Positions 19,767 through 30,045 are shown, numbered from the stretch's first letter. The stretch: DNA of 64,000 bases from Candidatus Woesearchaeota archaeon (GCA_043803105.1 JAZDKJ010000008.1:64001-128000), one strand, 5' to 3'. Notes: generated from the sequence alone by a model not told the origin. Program-made: numbers and translations.

Positions 19767-20112
19767 TTATCAAACTTATAATCAATGAGATGCTGTGCTT
19801 TCTTAGGAACTGCAATAAAGGAATATCCTCTTTCTCGTTTTGATTTTTCGGAATTTTGTCAAAATCTTTCTTAACTTTCACCCACTCAATAACATTTTTA
19901 ATTTTTTGAATTTTCTTTTCAGCGTAGTATGAACTGCTCATCTCAGCCAACCCATATACTGAGATGATAACACCAAAGACAAAAAGACTCCAACGAATCG
20001 TTGTATTGCCATATGCATTAGCATTTGAGAATGCAAAATATACAATGAAGATACCCAATATTGCAATAAAGAAATCATACCGAACATACTTTGGAATATC
20101 TTCTGGCGACAT
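19726..20112 (-). CDS. Membrane protein (cargo)
   Basis: Three TM helices. Confidence 0.65.
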   Translation of the reverse strand: MSPEDIPKYVRYDFFIAILGIFIVYFAFSNANAYGNTTIRWSLFVFGVIISVYGLAEMSSSYYAEKKIQKIKNVIEWVKVKKDFDKIPKNQNEKEDIPLLQFLRKHSISLIISLIIIVLVILFYLRWL

Positions 20113-20121
20113 GGGTCTTCC

Positions 20122-20325
20122 TTATGAAATTAAATCATAAAACTGGTTCTTAAATATCATCAATAAGAAAGCTGCTACAAGAAACAAGGCACCAGTCTGG
20201 TTAATTTTGACTGCAAAAAAATACCATGCAGCAAGTAAACTTAAAGCAATTAGGGTAATATGCAAATTCTTTTTAACTCCCATATTGGATTTGTTACTAA
20301 AGACTATATTTAAATCTTCCTTCAT
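20122..20325 (-). CDS. Small membrane protein (cargo)
   Basis: GGAGGTG RBS; two TM helices. Confidence 0.6.
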   Translation of the reverse strand: MKEDLNIVFSNKSNMGVKKNLHITLIALSLLAAWYFFAVKINQTGALFLVAAFLLMIFKNQFYDLIS

Positions 20326-20521
20326 TTCAACACCTCCATTCCTCTAGAGGATGTAAAGTATTAATGTGGTTGTGAACTACCTTTTCCCATTCAGGTTTTG
20401 AATGGAAAGCATATTTAAAGAGGTCGAGAAAGCTCACGCTAACTTGAACCAACACCACTCGTTAAGTTTACATCTCAGCGCTACTAAAGATTTATAAATG
20501 TAAAGGACTTTCAAAAAACCA

Positions 20522-20680
20522 ATGGACCAGGAACTAATAATAAACATCGGGATTATCCTAACAATCGTTGCGGTTTATTTGCTCACAAGGAACAAGAGCA
20601 AGGGCAGCAAGGAATACTCAAAGCTGTACGAAGACATAATCAATGGCGACGAGCACAAGGTAAAGGGAAAGCATTATTAG
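20522..20680 (+). CDS. Small single-TM protein (52 aa)
   Basis: TTTATAAA box upstream; MDQELIINIGIILTIVAVYLLTRNKSK...KVKGKHY*. Confidence 0.6.
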   Translation: MDQELIINIGIILTIVAVYLLTRNKSKGSKEYSKLYEDIINGDEHKVKGKHY

Positions 20681-20742
20681 ATTTCTCATGGGAATATTTA
20701 TATAGGCAGCAGCCAGTAGAGAATAAAAAAAGGGGTGCTTGG

Positions 20743-22500
20743 TTGATAGCCAGGTATAAGTTCGGAGACAAAGAGCTGCAAAAAGAGGTAGAAGGATTAG
20801 GCATAATCCTCTGCAACCGGAATGGCGGTTTCTGTTTCTTTGAAGATAGCACGAAAAGCAAGTACAATGGAGTGTTCTTTCGTGATGAACGGATTTACAA
20901 AGTGATTGAAGAGATAAGAATTAATGGCGAGATTCTAGGCATAACAAACAAGCTGTGGCAAGTTGAAAGGGAAAGAAAAGGGTTTAGGGAAACCTTCTTC
21001 ATGCCCTGTGGCACCAACAGCTTTGTCCACGAAACAGACAAGCGTGTAGAGGTACAGCTGATTCTTGACGTCAGGGAGCCGTATGATCAAAGCGAATGGG
21101 GCAGGATGTATTCGATTGAGCAGGAGAAGAATTGCATTATCATCAGGTATGACAAGAAAAGGGACGAGCGCGAAGGGAGCCAAGAAGAGTTCACGAGATA
21201 CCTTGCTATAAGCGGGAGAATAGAATCATTCAGGGAAAACAAAGAATGGATCAGGCAAAGTTATGAAAAAGACGCTCTGCGAAAAGACGTTCATTATGAA
21301 AGGTTTGTTTTCAACGCGCTGTGTTTTGAGACTGACTGCTTTGTGGCAAGCTTTAGTGCAAATCGCAAGAAGGCGATTGCTGAGTCCAGGGAGGTTTACA
21401 GGAAACTGGGGAAGATGAAGGATTTGGCAAGAAAAGAGGCACATCAGGAACTCACACAATCAGAGGAAGGCTTTGCCGCGCTTTGTGCAAGGCACTCGCT
21501 CCTTGGGCTATATCAACAGCCGCTTCAGGGAATTTATGCAGGGCTACCTTGGTTCTTCCAATTATGGACTCGAGACGAGCTTATTTCTGCACGTGCGCTT
21601 TCTATGATTGACTTTGAGGCTGGCAAGAAAATACTTTTCAAGCAACTGGGGGCAATAGGGTACGACGGGAAAATGCCGAGCATGCCGGACTCGCAGCTTG
21701 CGTCCTGCGATGCCCCAGGGTGGCTTTTCATGCTTGGAAAGGAGATCTATACAAAGCTCACAAAAAAGGAACAAAATCTTCTCATTGAAGGGTTGTTGCA
21801 TGTGCTTTACCTCGTGATAAAGTTCCAGACCCAGGATGAACTAATGTTCAACAAGGGAAAAGAGACCTGGATGGACACAAGCTTTGGGGATGATGAGCGG
21901 GCAGGCTACTGCATAGAGATGCAGGCAATGCTACTTTTCATGTACAAGACCATGTATGAGCTTACGATGAACAGCAGATACAAGGTGTTTGAAGAGAAGC
22001 TAAAGGAGAAGGTTAGGGATAAATTCTGGAATGGGGAATGGCTGAAGGATAGGGTTGGAGACGACACAAAAAGGCCTAATGTGTTCATCGCAGCGTATTT
22101 TTATCCAGGGCTCTTGAGTTCAGAAGAATGGAGAAAATGCTTCACAAATATTCTTGATGCATTGTGGCTGGACTGGGGGGGATTGTCAAGCATCGACAAG
22201 CAGAGCCCATTGTTTGTGGAGCAATACACGGGAACTGACAACAGGAGCTATCATAGAGGAGACTCATGGTATTATCTGAACAACATGGCTGCAGTGGTGC
22301 TTGCCCGGCTTGGCGGCTTTGATGATTATGTCAAGAAGATTGTGGATGCGAGCACAAAAGAGATACTCTGGCAGGGAGCAAGCGGACATCATGCAGAGGT
22401 CAGTTCAGCAAAGGAGCAAAGAAGCGAGGGATGCGTTGCACAGGCGTGGAGCGCTGCAACATATCTTGAGATGGTCAATGAAGCAAAAGCTTTGCGATAA
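20743..22500 (+). CDS. Glycogen debranching enzyme (amylo-alpha-1,6-glucosidase)
   Basis: AGLPWFFQLWTRDELI, TWMD, RPN, YHRGDSW, QAWS motifs. Confidence 0.88.
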   Translation: MIARYKFGDKELQKEVEGLGIILCNRNGGFCFFEDSTKSKYNGVFFRDERIYKVIEEIRINGEILGITNKLWQVERERKGFRETFFMPCGTNSFVHETDKRVEVQLILDVREPYDQSEWGRMYSIEQEKNCIIIRYDKKRDEREGSQEEFTRYLAISGRIESFRENKEWIRQSYEKDALRKDVHYERFVFNALCFETDCFVASFSANRKKAIAESREVYRKLGKMKDLARKEAHQELTQSEEGFAALCARHSLLGLYQQPLQGIYAGLPWFFQLWTRDELISARALSMIDFEAGKKILFKQLGAIGYDGKMPSMPDSQLASCDAPGWLFMLGKEIYTKLTKKEQNLLIEGLLHVLYLVIKFQTQDELMFNKGKETWMDTSFGDDERAGYCIEMQAMLLFMYKTMYELTMNSRYKVFEEKLKEKVRDKFWNGEWLKDRVGDDTKRPNVFIAAYFYPGLLSSEEWRKCFTNILDALWLDWGGLSSIDKQSPLFVEQYTGTDNRSYHRGDSWYYLNNMAAVVLARLGGFDDYVKKIVDASTKEILWQGASGHHAEVSSAKEQRSEGCVAQAWSAATYLEMVNEAKALR

Positions 22501-22906
22501 ACAGCCCGATGATGATGCCAAGGGCAATGCCGCCGAAAAAATCCAGCAGGCCAGAATTGATATGCTCTGCGTGCGTTTTATGGTTTATAGGTTCTTCAGA
22601 ATGTTCAGGCTCTTCAGACAATCCCTGGCTTGAAGTCAACGAAAGTATGCGTGTCCTGACAGCAGCAATCATGTCCTCCTGAGCTGGCTTTTCAGAGAAC
22701 TCTGTTGCGAGGAGAGAGTCCTGCAGGACAACATCTGTCCATGACTTGAAATCATTCTTATCCTGGTTCACGTGGTGGGCAAAGGTCTCTTGGCTCATGA
22801 TTGCGAGCCTGTCATGAAGCTCGAAAATGTTCTTTATCACAGTGCCGTCATGGACATAAAAATAGTGCTCAGGCATGACATCATCAAGCAGGGTTTTTTC
22901 ACTCAT
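22475..22906 (-). CDS. DUF5752-like domain protein with C-terminal TM anchor
   Basis: FYVHDG...FAHHVNQDKNDFKSW; paralog of the next gene. Confidence 0.7.
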   Translation of the reverse strand: MSEKTLLDDVMPEHYFYVHDGTVIKNIFELHDRLAIMSQETFAHHVNQDKNDFKSWTDVVLQDSLLATEFSEKPAQEDMIAAVRTRILSLTSSQGLSEEPEHSEEPINHKTHAEHINSGLLDFFGGIALGIIIGLFIAKLLLH

Positions 22907-23277
22907 TTTTTGTGCTCAAGACTCTTAACCATCTTTCGCAGAAGCACGAGCTCTGCATCAAGCTTTGAGTTTATATTCCTCAATTCGTTCGCGAGTTCGG
23001 GCTCTTCAAACACATCATTCACCCAGTTGCTAAAGTCATTGCGCTCGTCATTGACATGATGCCTGAAAACATCGTCGGGCATATCCTGCAGCGCATGGAT
23101 AAGGTCATAGAGGCTGTTTAGCCTTCGGCCATCAGCGAGCAAAAAACCGACCTCTTCAGGGGCCTTGCCCAAGACCTTCCTTACCACCTTCAACTGCACC
23201 GGGTGCTCTACACGCTTAGGTTGCTTTGAAGTGTGCTTAGAATGCTTTACAGTAGGATGCTTCTTCAACTGTACCAC
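22903..23277 (-). CDS. DUF5752-like domain protein
   Basis: FLLADG...FRHHVNDERNDFSNWV. Confidence 0.72.
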   Translation of the reverse strand: MVQLKKHPTVKHSKHTSKQPKRVEHPVQLKVVRKVLGKAPEEVGFLLADGRRLNSLYDLIHALQDMPDDVFRHHVNDERNDFSNWVNDVFEEPELANELRNINSKLDAELVLLRKMVKSLEHKK

Positions 23278-23284
23278 CTCTTTT

Positions 23285-24508
23285 TTAAACTAACTGTGAA
23301 AGTGCTGGAGCACTGGTATTTAAATTCTTTCCTTTTATGCGCTGCTGCAGGTCATTCATGATGTTCATGAAAGCGATAAAGCCCTCATAAGGAGTTTCGT
23401 AAGGGTTGAAGTACTTGTGGACATCACCATCGTTGAACCACTTGGTGCACATGTAATAGAAATGGTCAGAGGTCTGCAGCTTTCTCCAATCCTCAAGTAC
23501 CTTAGGGTCATTTGACGCCTTGACTGAATTCTCCATGGCAAAGATGTGATGCATGGCAGACTGCTGCATCCTGTTGCCGAGCCAGGCAGAGAGGTCACGC
23601 TCGATATCTGCCCAAGAAACAGGGTGATGGATGTCAAGATATCCGACAGAAGGGTAGCTATCCACCACCTGACTTGGAGTCTTAAAATTATTGTCAGGAT
23701 GCTTCAAAAGCTCAAATGGAAGATGGGACATGAAATTGAATATGCCTGTATCCTCCCACTGATGCTCGCCAAAGGTCTCGTAATCCATGAAAAGGTTCAC
23801 AACATGGCCATTGCCGTTCACAGCATTAACCCAGTTTGAATATTTCTCCACATTAAGGGGCCACTCTTTCCAGCCCTTGTCAGAGAACCTGAAAGCAATA
23901 TCATCAGACAAACGATAATTCTTCAGGAGAAGCTTAATCGATTTTGTGGTTGCCGGGCTATAAACAAAGTTAGGAGACCTCCAGCCAAGAATGTGGTCAG
24001 CACCCTCTGCAAGAATGCCTTTGTAGCCGAGACCCTCGATATAATGGGCAAGCTCGTTATTGTAAATCAATTCAGTGTTCCTAAAGACCTTAGGCGTCTG
24101 ATGAAACAGCCCCTGAATTTTCTTCCTATGTAAGGCGAGCTGTTCCCTAAACTCTTCCTTGGAATAGAGAAAGGATAAGCTATGATGATAAGTCTCTCCA
24201 AGAAACTCAACATTGCCGGTTGAAGCCAATTCCTGGAAACTGTCAATCACTTTAGGAGCAAAACTTTCGAACTGCTCCAAGGCAACGCCGGTGATGCTGT
24301 AAGCAATCTTAAAGCGGCCGTCAGTCCGATGGATTAAGTCAAGCATTAGCTTGTTAGTCGGAAGATAGCATTTCCTTGCAACCTTTTCAATGATCGCCTT
24401 GTTCTTCGCGTCGTCATAATAATTAGAGCCGCTGCCAATCTCAAAGACAGAATACTTCCTTAGGCGCGTAGGTTGGTGCACCTGAAAATAAAAGCAGACA
24501 CTGACCAT
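23285..24508 (-). CDS. GH57 alpha-amylase
   Basis: FQVHQP, FRNTELIY, FMDYETFGEHQW, QTSDHFYYM. Confidence 0.93.
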   Translation of the reverse strand: MVSVCFYFQVHQPTRLRKYSVFEIGSGSNYYDDAKNKAIIEKVARKCYLPTNKLMLDLIHRTDGRFKIAYSITGVALEQFESFAPKVIDSFQELASTGNVEFLGETYHHSLSFLYSKEEFREQLALHRKKIQGLFHQTPKVFRNTELIYNNELAHYIEGLGYKGILAEGADHILGWRSPNFVYSPATTKSIKLLLKNYRLSDDIAFRFSDKGWKEWPLNVEKYSNWVNAVNGNGHVVNLFMDYETFGEHQWEDTGIFNFMSHLPFELLKHPDNNFKTPSQVVDSYPSVGYLDIHHPVSWADIERDLSAWLGNRMQQSAMHHIFAMENSVKASNDPKVLEDWRKLQTSDHFYYMCTKWFNDGDVHKYFNPYETPYEGFIAFMNIMNDLQQRIKGKNLNTSAPALSQLV

Positions 24509-25732
24509 CTAAGTGATCCCCAACACCTGATTGTAGACCTTTATGCACTTTGCGGCAGGCTCGTTCCAGTTAAACTTCCTGACCTCAAGGCTCCCTGAAT
24601 CTGAAAGGCACTCATGCAATTCTTTGTAGCGCAGCACGCTGATGATCTTGTTTGCCATCTCATCAATATCCCAGAAATCAATCTTGAAGCAATGATTGAT
24701 GACTTCAGAGACGCCTGATTGTTTTGAGATAATGACTGGGGTACCGTTTCTCATGGCCTCCAATGGGGTTATCCCAAAGGGCTCTGAGACAGAGGGCATG
24801 ACATAAAGGTCTGCCATCTTGTAAGCGCGGTCAATGTCTTTGCCTCGCATAAAGCCAGCGAAGAGGACCTTGTCAGCAATACCAAGCTCAGCAGCCTTGT
24901 CAATCATGAAGTGCTCCATGTCGCCTGTGCCAACCACAAGGAATTTGACATTCTTCTCATAATCCAAGACCTTTCTTGCAGCATAAAGGAAATACTCAGG
25001 CCCTTTCTGCAATGTAATCCTGCCGAGGAACAAGACAATCCTGTCGTTCTTCTTTATCGGGAAATCCTGATAAGGCATCGGATCAGAAAACTCGACTGCA
25101 TTGTGTACAACCTCAACCTTGTCAGGAGAGACGCCGTAATGCTCGACCACCTTCTGCTTTGTAAAATTGCTCACTGCACAGATCTTGTCTGCAGTATGAA
25201 ATCCTTCGCGCTCGATATCATAGACGACCTGGTTCGGGTTTCCGCCAGTCCTGTCAAACTCTGTTGCGTGGATGTGAAGCACAAGGGGCTTTTTAGTCAT
25301 GCGCTTGACCTGAATTCCGGCAGGATAAGTCATCCAATCATGGCAGTGGATTACATCAAACTTTGTTTGCTTTGCAATGTGGCGAGCCTGCTGGGAATAC
25401 CTGTAAACCTCCTGGTAGAGATTTGAGCCGTACATTGTCTTTGAATCATTTGCTTTCTTTGACGCGAAATCTCTCAATCTTGCACTGTACGCTACCGAGC
25501 TTATGTACGGTACCAGCAGTGAATCAATCTCCTTGATTTTTAATCCACGCTTAACCTGGTCTGCGACAACAAGGTCAACATGGCTTTTGCCGAGCTCGCC
25601 TAAAGCCTTTGGAATAACAAAGGTAACGTCCACGCCTTGATTTGTCAAACCTTTAGTGAGACCAAAACAAGCAGTGCCAAGGCCTCCGCTGTTGTATGGA
25701 GGGAACTCCCAACCGAACATCAACACACGCAC
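24509..25732 (-). CDS. GT4 glycosyltransferase (glycogen-related)
   Basis: MFGWEFPP..SGGLG, HCHDW, PSVSEPFGITPLEA; GTG start at 25732 after GAGGTG. Confidence 0.9.
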   Translation of the reverse strand: MRVLMFGWEFPPYNSGGLGTACFGLTKGLTNQGVDVTFVIPKALGELGKSHVDLVVADQVKRGLKIKEIDSLLVPYISSVAYSARLRDFASKKANDSKTMYGSNLYQEVYRYSQQARHIAKQTKFDVIHCHDWMTYPAGIQVKRMTKKPLVLHIHATEFDRTGGNPNQVVYDIEREGFHTADKICAVSNFTKQKVVEHYGVSPDKVEVVHNAVEFSDPMPYQDFPIKKNDRIVLFLGRITLQKGPEYFLYAARKVLDYEKNVKFLVVGTGDMEHFMIDKAAELGIADKVLFAGFMRGKDIDRAYKMADLYVMPSVSEPFGITPLEAMRNGTPVIISKQSGVSEVINHCFKIDFWDIDEMANKIISVLRYKELHECLSDSGSLEVRKFNWNEPAAKCIKVYNQVLGIT

Positions 25733-25977
25733 AAGAGCACCTCTAGAGAATAGAATATACCAAACACTCCTTTTTTCATGTGAATGTCTCTTTTTTATCG
25801 GATTCTTGACTATCCAGGTACATTTTCGCACTTGCCCATATATATATTTTTCCGTTTTAAAATAGACTCAACGTTTGCTCAGGAATTGGTAATGGAAACA
25901 TATTTATAGCAGTTGGCAGGAGGCAACTGACAAGGGCATGTACTTTATTGCATTAACAAGACACAAACTGGTGGAAA

Positions 25978-26559
25978 ATGGTAAGACTTGACAAGCAGGA
26001 AGTGGAGATTGTAAGACAGCTTGTCCTGGATCCAAGGATATCTGACAACCAGATAAGCAAGAACGCAAAGATACCTTTGAAGTCTGTGAACAGGAAAAGA
26101 AAAAACCTCGAGGCAAAGGGGCTATTGTACTATTTTACATACCTTGACACCAGCAGCACAGGCACAGGGGCCTTTGGTGCAAGAGACATGTACATTATCA
26201 AATTAAGGCTTGGAATCACGAGAAAGGAATTCATAGAAAAAATAATGGGGCTCGAGTCAAACTATCTCAAGCAGAAACACGTGCTTGCCTCAGCAGTAGG
26301 AGAGTATGAAGGCAGGCTCGCGTTTGTCATGATAATCGAGTCAAGGCTTGCGACAGACATCATGGAGATTTTTAATGCAGAATTCGTGCCGGAACTAAAC
26401 AAGGTGTTTGGCGCCGGAGCAATAGACAAGGTTATCACAATAAGGCTTGACACAATCCTCAGACTACTCCATAATTACATACCGCCAGTCAACATGAAGG
26501 CAGGCTATATCATCAAGGAATGGGGCCACAAGAACGTTTTTGTTGATGACATAGATTAG
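25978..26559 (+). CDS. Lrp/AsnC-like HTH regulator
   Basis: LDKQEVEIVRQL..DPRISDNQISK...VNRKRKNLE. Confidence 0.65.
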   Translation: MVRLDKQEVEIVRQLVLDPRISDNQISKNAKIPLKSVNRKRKNLEAKGLLYYFTYLDTSSTGTGAFGARDMYIIKLRLGITRKEFIEKIMGLESNYLKQKHVLASAVGEYEGRLAFVMIIESRLATDIMEIFNAEFVPELNKVFGAGAIDKVITIRLDTILRLLHNYIPPVNMKAGYIIKEWGHKNVFVDDID

Positions 26560-26647
26560 TACGCTTCTATTATAGTTGTCGGTTGGCACAGAACAAAAAG
26601 TTATTATAGTGGGAACAATGAACCAAGCATAAAAAAGGGGTGAAATA

Positions 26648-28441
26648 ACGGTAGAAAGGAAAGCGGACATTCTATTTGAAGCATCGTGGGAAATATGCAA
26701 CAAAGTCGGTGGAATATACACTGTGGTAAAGTCCAAGATCAGGCCGACGCAGGAGAGGTACGGAGAGAACTATTTCCTATTCGGGCCATACTTCCCAAAA
26801 AAGGTGCAGGGAGAATTTGAAGAGAAAGTGCCGCGCGATTTCCTGAGGCAGCCGTTCGATACGGTGCGAAAGGAAGGAATTGTCTGCCACTTTGGGAACT
26901 GGCTTGTGCCCGGAAACCCGAACACTATACTCATAGACTTCTCAAACTATGCAGTGCAGAAGAACTCGATAAAGACGATGTACTGGGAAGAGTACAAGAT
27001 AGACTCGATGAACACAGAGTATTTTGACTATGACGAGCCTATGGTATGGTCAACAGCTGTCGGCAGGGTGATTGAAGAAATAATGAAAGAGCTCAAAGAC
27101 AAGAAGGCTGTGGCACACCTGCACGAATGGCTTGCTGGGGGAGCACTGCTTCATCTCGCTTCAAGGAAAGTGAAGATAGGGACAGTATTCACTACACATG
27201 CGACAATGCTCGGGAGAACGCTTGCATCACATAACATAAACCTTTATTCAGAGTTGAAGAGCATTGATCCAGAAAAGGCTGCATACACATACAAAGTGGC
27301 AACAAAATTCCAGACTGAAAGGGCGTGTGCGCAGCACGCAAGCGTATTTACCACAGTGTCAGAAATAACAGGAATGGAGGCAGAGCATTTCTTTTCGAGA
27401 AAGCCTGACATACTATTATTGAACGGGCTTGACCTCACAAAATTCCCGACATTTGAGGAGAGCACAATAAAGCATCGGGCATTCAGGACACACATAAGGG
27501 AATTCCTGATGTACTACTTTTTCCCGTACTACTCATTCAACCTGCAGGAAACACTGATATATTTCATCTGCGGAAGGTACGAGTTCCATGACAAGGGAAT
27601 CGACATACTGATAAAAGCGCTGGGCAAACTGAACGAGCAACTCAAAAAAGAGAAGTCATCAAGAAATGTCGTATGCTTTTTTTGGATACCAGGAAACATC
27701 AAGGGAATAAAGCCTGAGCTTCTTGAAAGCAAAACATACTACAACGATGTCAAGGATTCGCTTGATGATTCAATGGAAGACATAAAGAACAGGCTAGTGT
27801 TCAGGACGATTGCAGATGAGAAAATCTCGACAGAGACACTGTTTGACCATGAGCTTGTCCAGGAGATTAAACGCAAGGTGCTAAAGCTAAAGAGGAATGG
27901 CTCACCTGGGCTTTGCACCCATGACCTTTATGATGAGGGAAACGATGCAATACTTAATGCGCTGAAAAAAGAAAGGCTGCTAAACAAGAAGGATGACAAA
28001 GTCAGGGTGGTCTATTACCCGATCTACCTAACCGGGGCAGACGGTATGCTGGACCTCGGCTATTACGAAAGCATGCAGGGAAGCCATCTGGGAATATTCC
28101 CGTCAGTCTACGAGCCTTGGGGATACACTCCTCTCGAATCAGGCGCATTAGGCGTACCTGCAATAACAACTGACCTTGCAGGATTTGGAAGGTATATCAG
28201 CGGGCACATCAATGAGGAAGCTCCCGGAATATTTGTGCTTCACAGGTTCAACAAGACAGATGACGAGGCAACAGAGGAACTGGCAGGAATACTCTTAAAC
28301 TTTGCAAAGCTCACAAAGCAGAAAAGAGTCCAGAACAAGATAGAGGCAAAAAACCTAGCAGCAACAGCAGACTGGAAGAAGTTCATAGAGCTTTACATCA
28401 CAGCGCACAACATGGCGATTGAAAGGGCGTATTCTAAATAG
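26648..28441 (+). CDS. GT3 glycogen synthase (apparent ACG start)
   Basis: FEASWEICNKVGGIYTV lies upstream of the ORF-track start; HLHEW, TTHATMLGR, FPSVYEPWGYTPLE. Confidence 0.9.
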   Translation, partial: TVERKADILFEASWEICNKVGGIYTVVKSKIRPTQERYGENYFLFGPYFPKKVQGEFEEKVPRDFLRQPFDTVRKEGIVCHFGNWLVPGNPNTILIDFSNYAVQKNSIKTMYWEEYKIDSMNTEYFDYDEPMVWSTAVGRVIEEIMKELKDKKAVAHLHEWLAGGALLHLASRKVKIGTVFTTHATMLGRTLASHNINLYSELKSIDPEKAAYTYKVATKFQTERACAQHASVFTTVSEITGMEAEHFFSRKPDILLLNGLDLTKFPTFEESTIKHRAFRTHIREFLMYYFFPYYSFNLQETLIYFICGRYEFHDKGIDILIKALGKLNEQLKKEKSSRNVVCFFWIPGNIKGIKPELLESKTYYNDVKDSLDDSMEDIKNRLVFRTIADEKISTETLFDHELVQEIKRKVLKLKRNGSPGLCTHDLYDEGNDAILNALKKERLLNKKDDKVRVVYYPIYLTGADGMLDLGYYESMQGSHLGIFPSVYEPWGYTPLESGALGVPAITTDLAGFGRYISGHINEEAPGIFVLHRFNKTDDEATEELAGILLNFAKLTKQKRVQNKIEAKNLAATADWKKFIELYITAHNMAIERAYSK

Positions 28442-28598
28442 GGATTAGGATTTGGAGTTGAAATGGTCAATGTAAAACAACATCGCAAGGCGACGTAATC
28501 ATTTGGAACTTTCGGTCAAGCTATTTTCTGTCTGTCTGAATTAATTTGTCGAAACCTTTATATATACGACGACACGGATAATAATTGGGTGGTGTCTT

Positions 28599-29555
28599 GT
28601 GGAACAAAATAAGGTGCCTGTTCTCTTTGTTGTTTCATGTTTGCTCACATTGAGTCTCTTAAATGGTTGTGCTCGGCAGTCAACACAAGCGGAATCTACC
28701 GATAAGCAACTAGAGATTTCAACACATGATGAAATAGGATCAGTGCAACCTTCAGAATTTTCACCTTCGAATATTCGTCTCTTTGGCGCAACAAGTGAGG
28801 GTGAATCTATACGGTTCTTTTTCTTGCTTGAAGATAATCAGGGAACAAACACGCTTGGAGAAGGGACTGTAAGATTAGTAGTTTCTGATGACATGAACGA
28901 GTCGTTGTATGACCAAGAATTTAAAGTGAACCCGAGCGAGTTCGTTGATTACCAATTTCAAATGACTGGGCAACCTGTAGGGAAAGCTTTTGAATGGAGA
29001 GTCCGGAAATCAGACATAAAGAAAGGAGTTTCATTTATTGGTCTGGGAACAGCAGTCCTGACTTTTGAAACCCTAGATGGAAAAACGTTGAAAGCCACGC
29101 CTCAACCTGTTGAAATACCAGCTTATTCCGATGAAGAGTTGAGCCAAATGGCAGAGGATGATTATGATAAGACAGCAGTCACCATAGGCCAAAAGCTAAC
29201 CAAGAGTAGTTTTGAAATAAATGTCACAAAAGCGGGCTTCTATTCTACTATTGAGATGGGTCAAAAAGAAAAATACTTTCGTATTGACATGGAAATAAAG
29301 AATGTTGCTCGTAGCAGTCAATACTTCAGTCCAAGCAAAATGGCGTTAATTGATTCGCAAGGTAATCAGTATGATATTTCCTATAGGAGCACACTAAAAG
29401 GATTTTCAACAATGTACCCGGATGTTGTTAAGAAGGGGTTTATATTGTTTGAGAATGTACCGGCTGATATGACTTCAGCCAAGTTGGTTTTTGAACTTGG
29501 GATGGACATACATTACCAACCAAATTTACTTGAATACACGATGAAATTGAAATGA
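28599..29555 (+). CDS. Lipoprotein with C-terminal DUF4352-like Ig domain
   Basis: LLNGC lipobox; LIDSQGNQY...KKGFILFE. Confidence 0.7.
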   Translation: MEQNKVPVLFVVSCLLTLSLLNGCARQSTQAESTDKQLEISTHDEIGSVQPSEFSPSNIRLFGATSEGESIRFFFLLEDNQGTNTLGEGTVRLVVSDDMNESLYDQEFKVNPSEFVDYQFQMTGQPVGKAFEWRVRKSDIKKGVSFIGLGTAVLTFETLDGKTLKATPQPVEIPAYSDEELSQMAEDDYDKTAVTIGQKLTKSSFEINVTKAGFYSTIEMGQKEKYFRIDMEIKNVARSSQYFSPSKMALIDSQGNQYDISYRSTLKGFSTMYPDVVKKGFILFENVPADMTSAKLVFELGMDIHYQPNLLEYTMKLK

Positions 29556-29582
29556 GACTGAAAAAATTTCTGGGGGATTGAA

Positions 29583-30038
29583 ATGAATGCAATAAACGTG
29601 ATTTCGGTGATTCTGGCTGTTGGGGTATTATTTTTAATGTCAGGCTGTTCAGCTGGTGACCGTATCAGCGGCGTAATTACCCTTCAAAACAGGACAGTGT
29701 ACTCTAATCAACAGATATCAATTCAAGTTGACCTGTCTTACAATGATGCATTAAAGAGAGATGAAATTCAAGAATATAGTATTAATGTGTTAGTAAACGG
29801 GAATCATCTATGGATTCAAAAAAACGGTCAGACCATTGGAAGAGACAACGCAGAAGTTATTTCATTTGGAAAAGGTCGTACCAATCATGTACTAAATTAT
29901 ACAATACAGGCGACAACAGTTTCGGGAAACGAATACGTTGAGACGGTTGTTGTGTTTATTTCAACTATAAAGGGAGTTGTCAAGACACTTACAAGCGAAT
30001 TTATTACTATTAAAGCACCGCCCGTTGGGAGAGGGTAG
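29583..30038 (+). CDS. Putative lipoprotein
   Basis: LMSGC lipobox; beta-rich. Confidence 0.6.
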   Translation: MNAINVISVILAVGVLFLMSGCSAGDRISGVITLQNRTVYSNQQISIQVDLSYNDALKRDEIQEYSINVLVNGNHLWIQKNGQTIGRDNAEVISFGKGRTNHVLNYTIQATTVSGNEYVETVVVFISTIKGVVKTLTSEFITIKAPPVGRG

Positions 30039-30045
30039 ATAGTAA

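Larger units (their letters stand above)
16089..20477. mobile_element. Cargo-carrying transposon with 9-bp TSD and nested inverted repeats
   Basis: TSD GCGCTACTA at 16080-16088 and 20478-20486; 24-bp terminal IRs (20/24 identical) at 16089-16112 / 20454-20477; perfect 18-bp inner IRs at 16119-16136 / 20367-20384; AT-rich interior; DDE transposase. Confidence 0.88.

Noticed and set aside
16188-20325. Integron-like cassette array inside the transposon
   Set aside because: No repeated attC-like sites between cargo genes, mixed orientations and no tyrosine integrase; only weak similarity of two gene starts (MKKDLN/MKEDLN)
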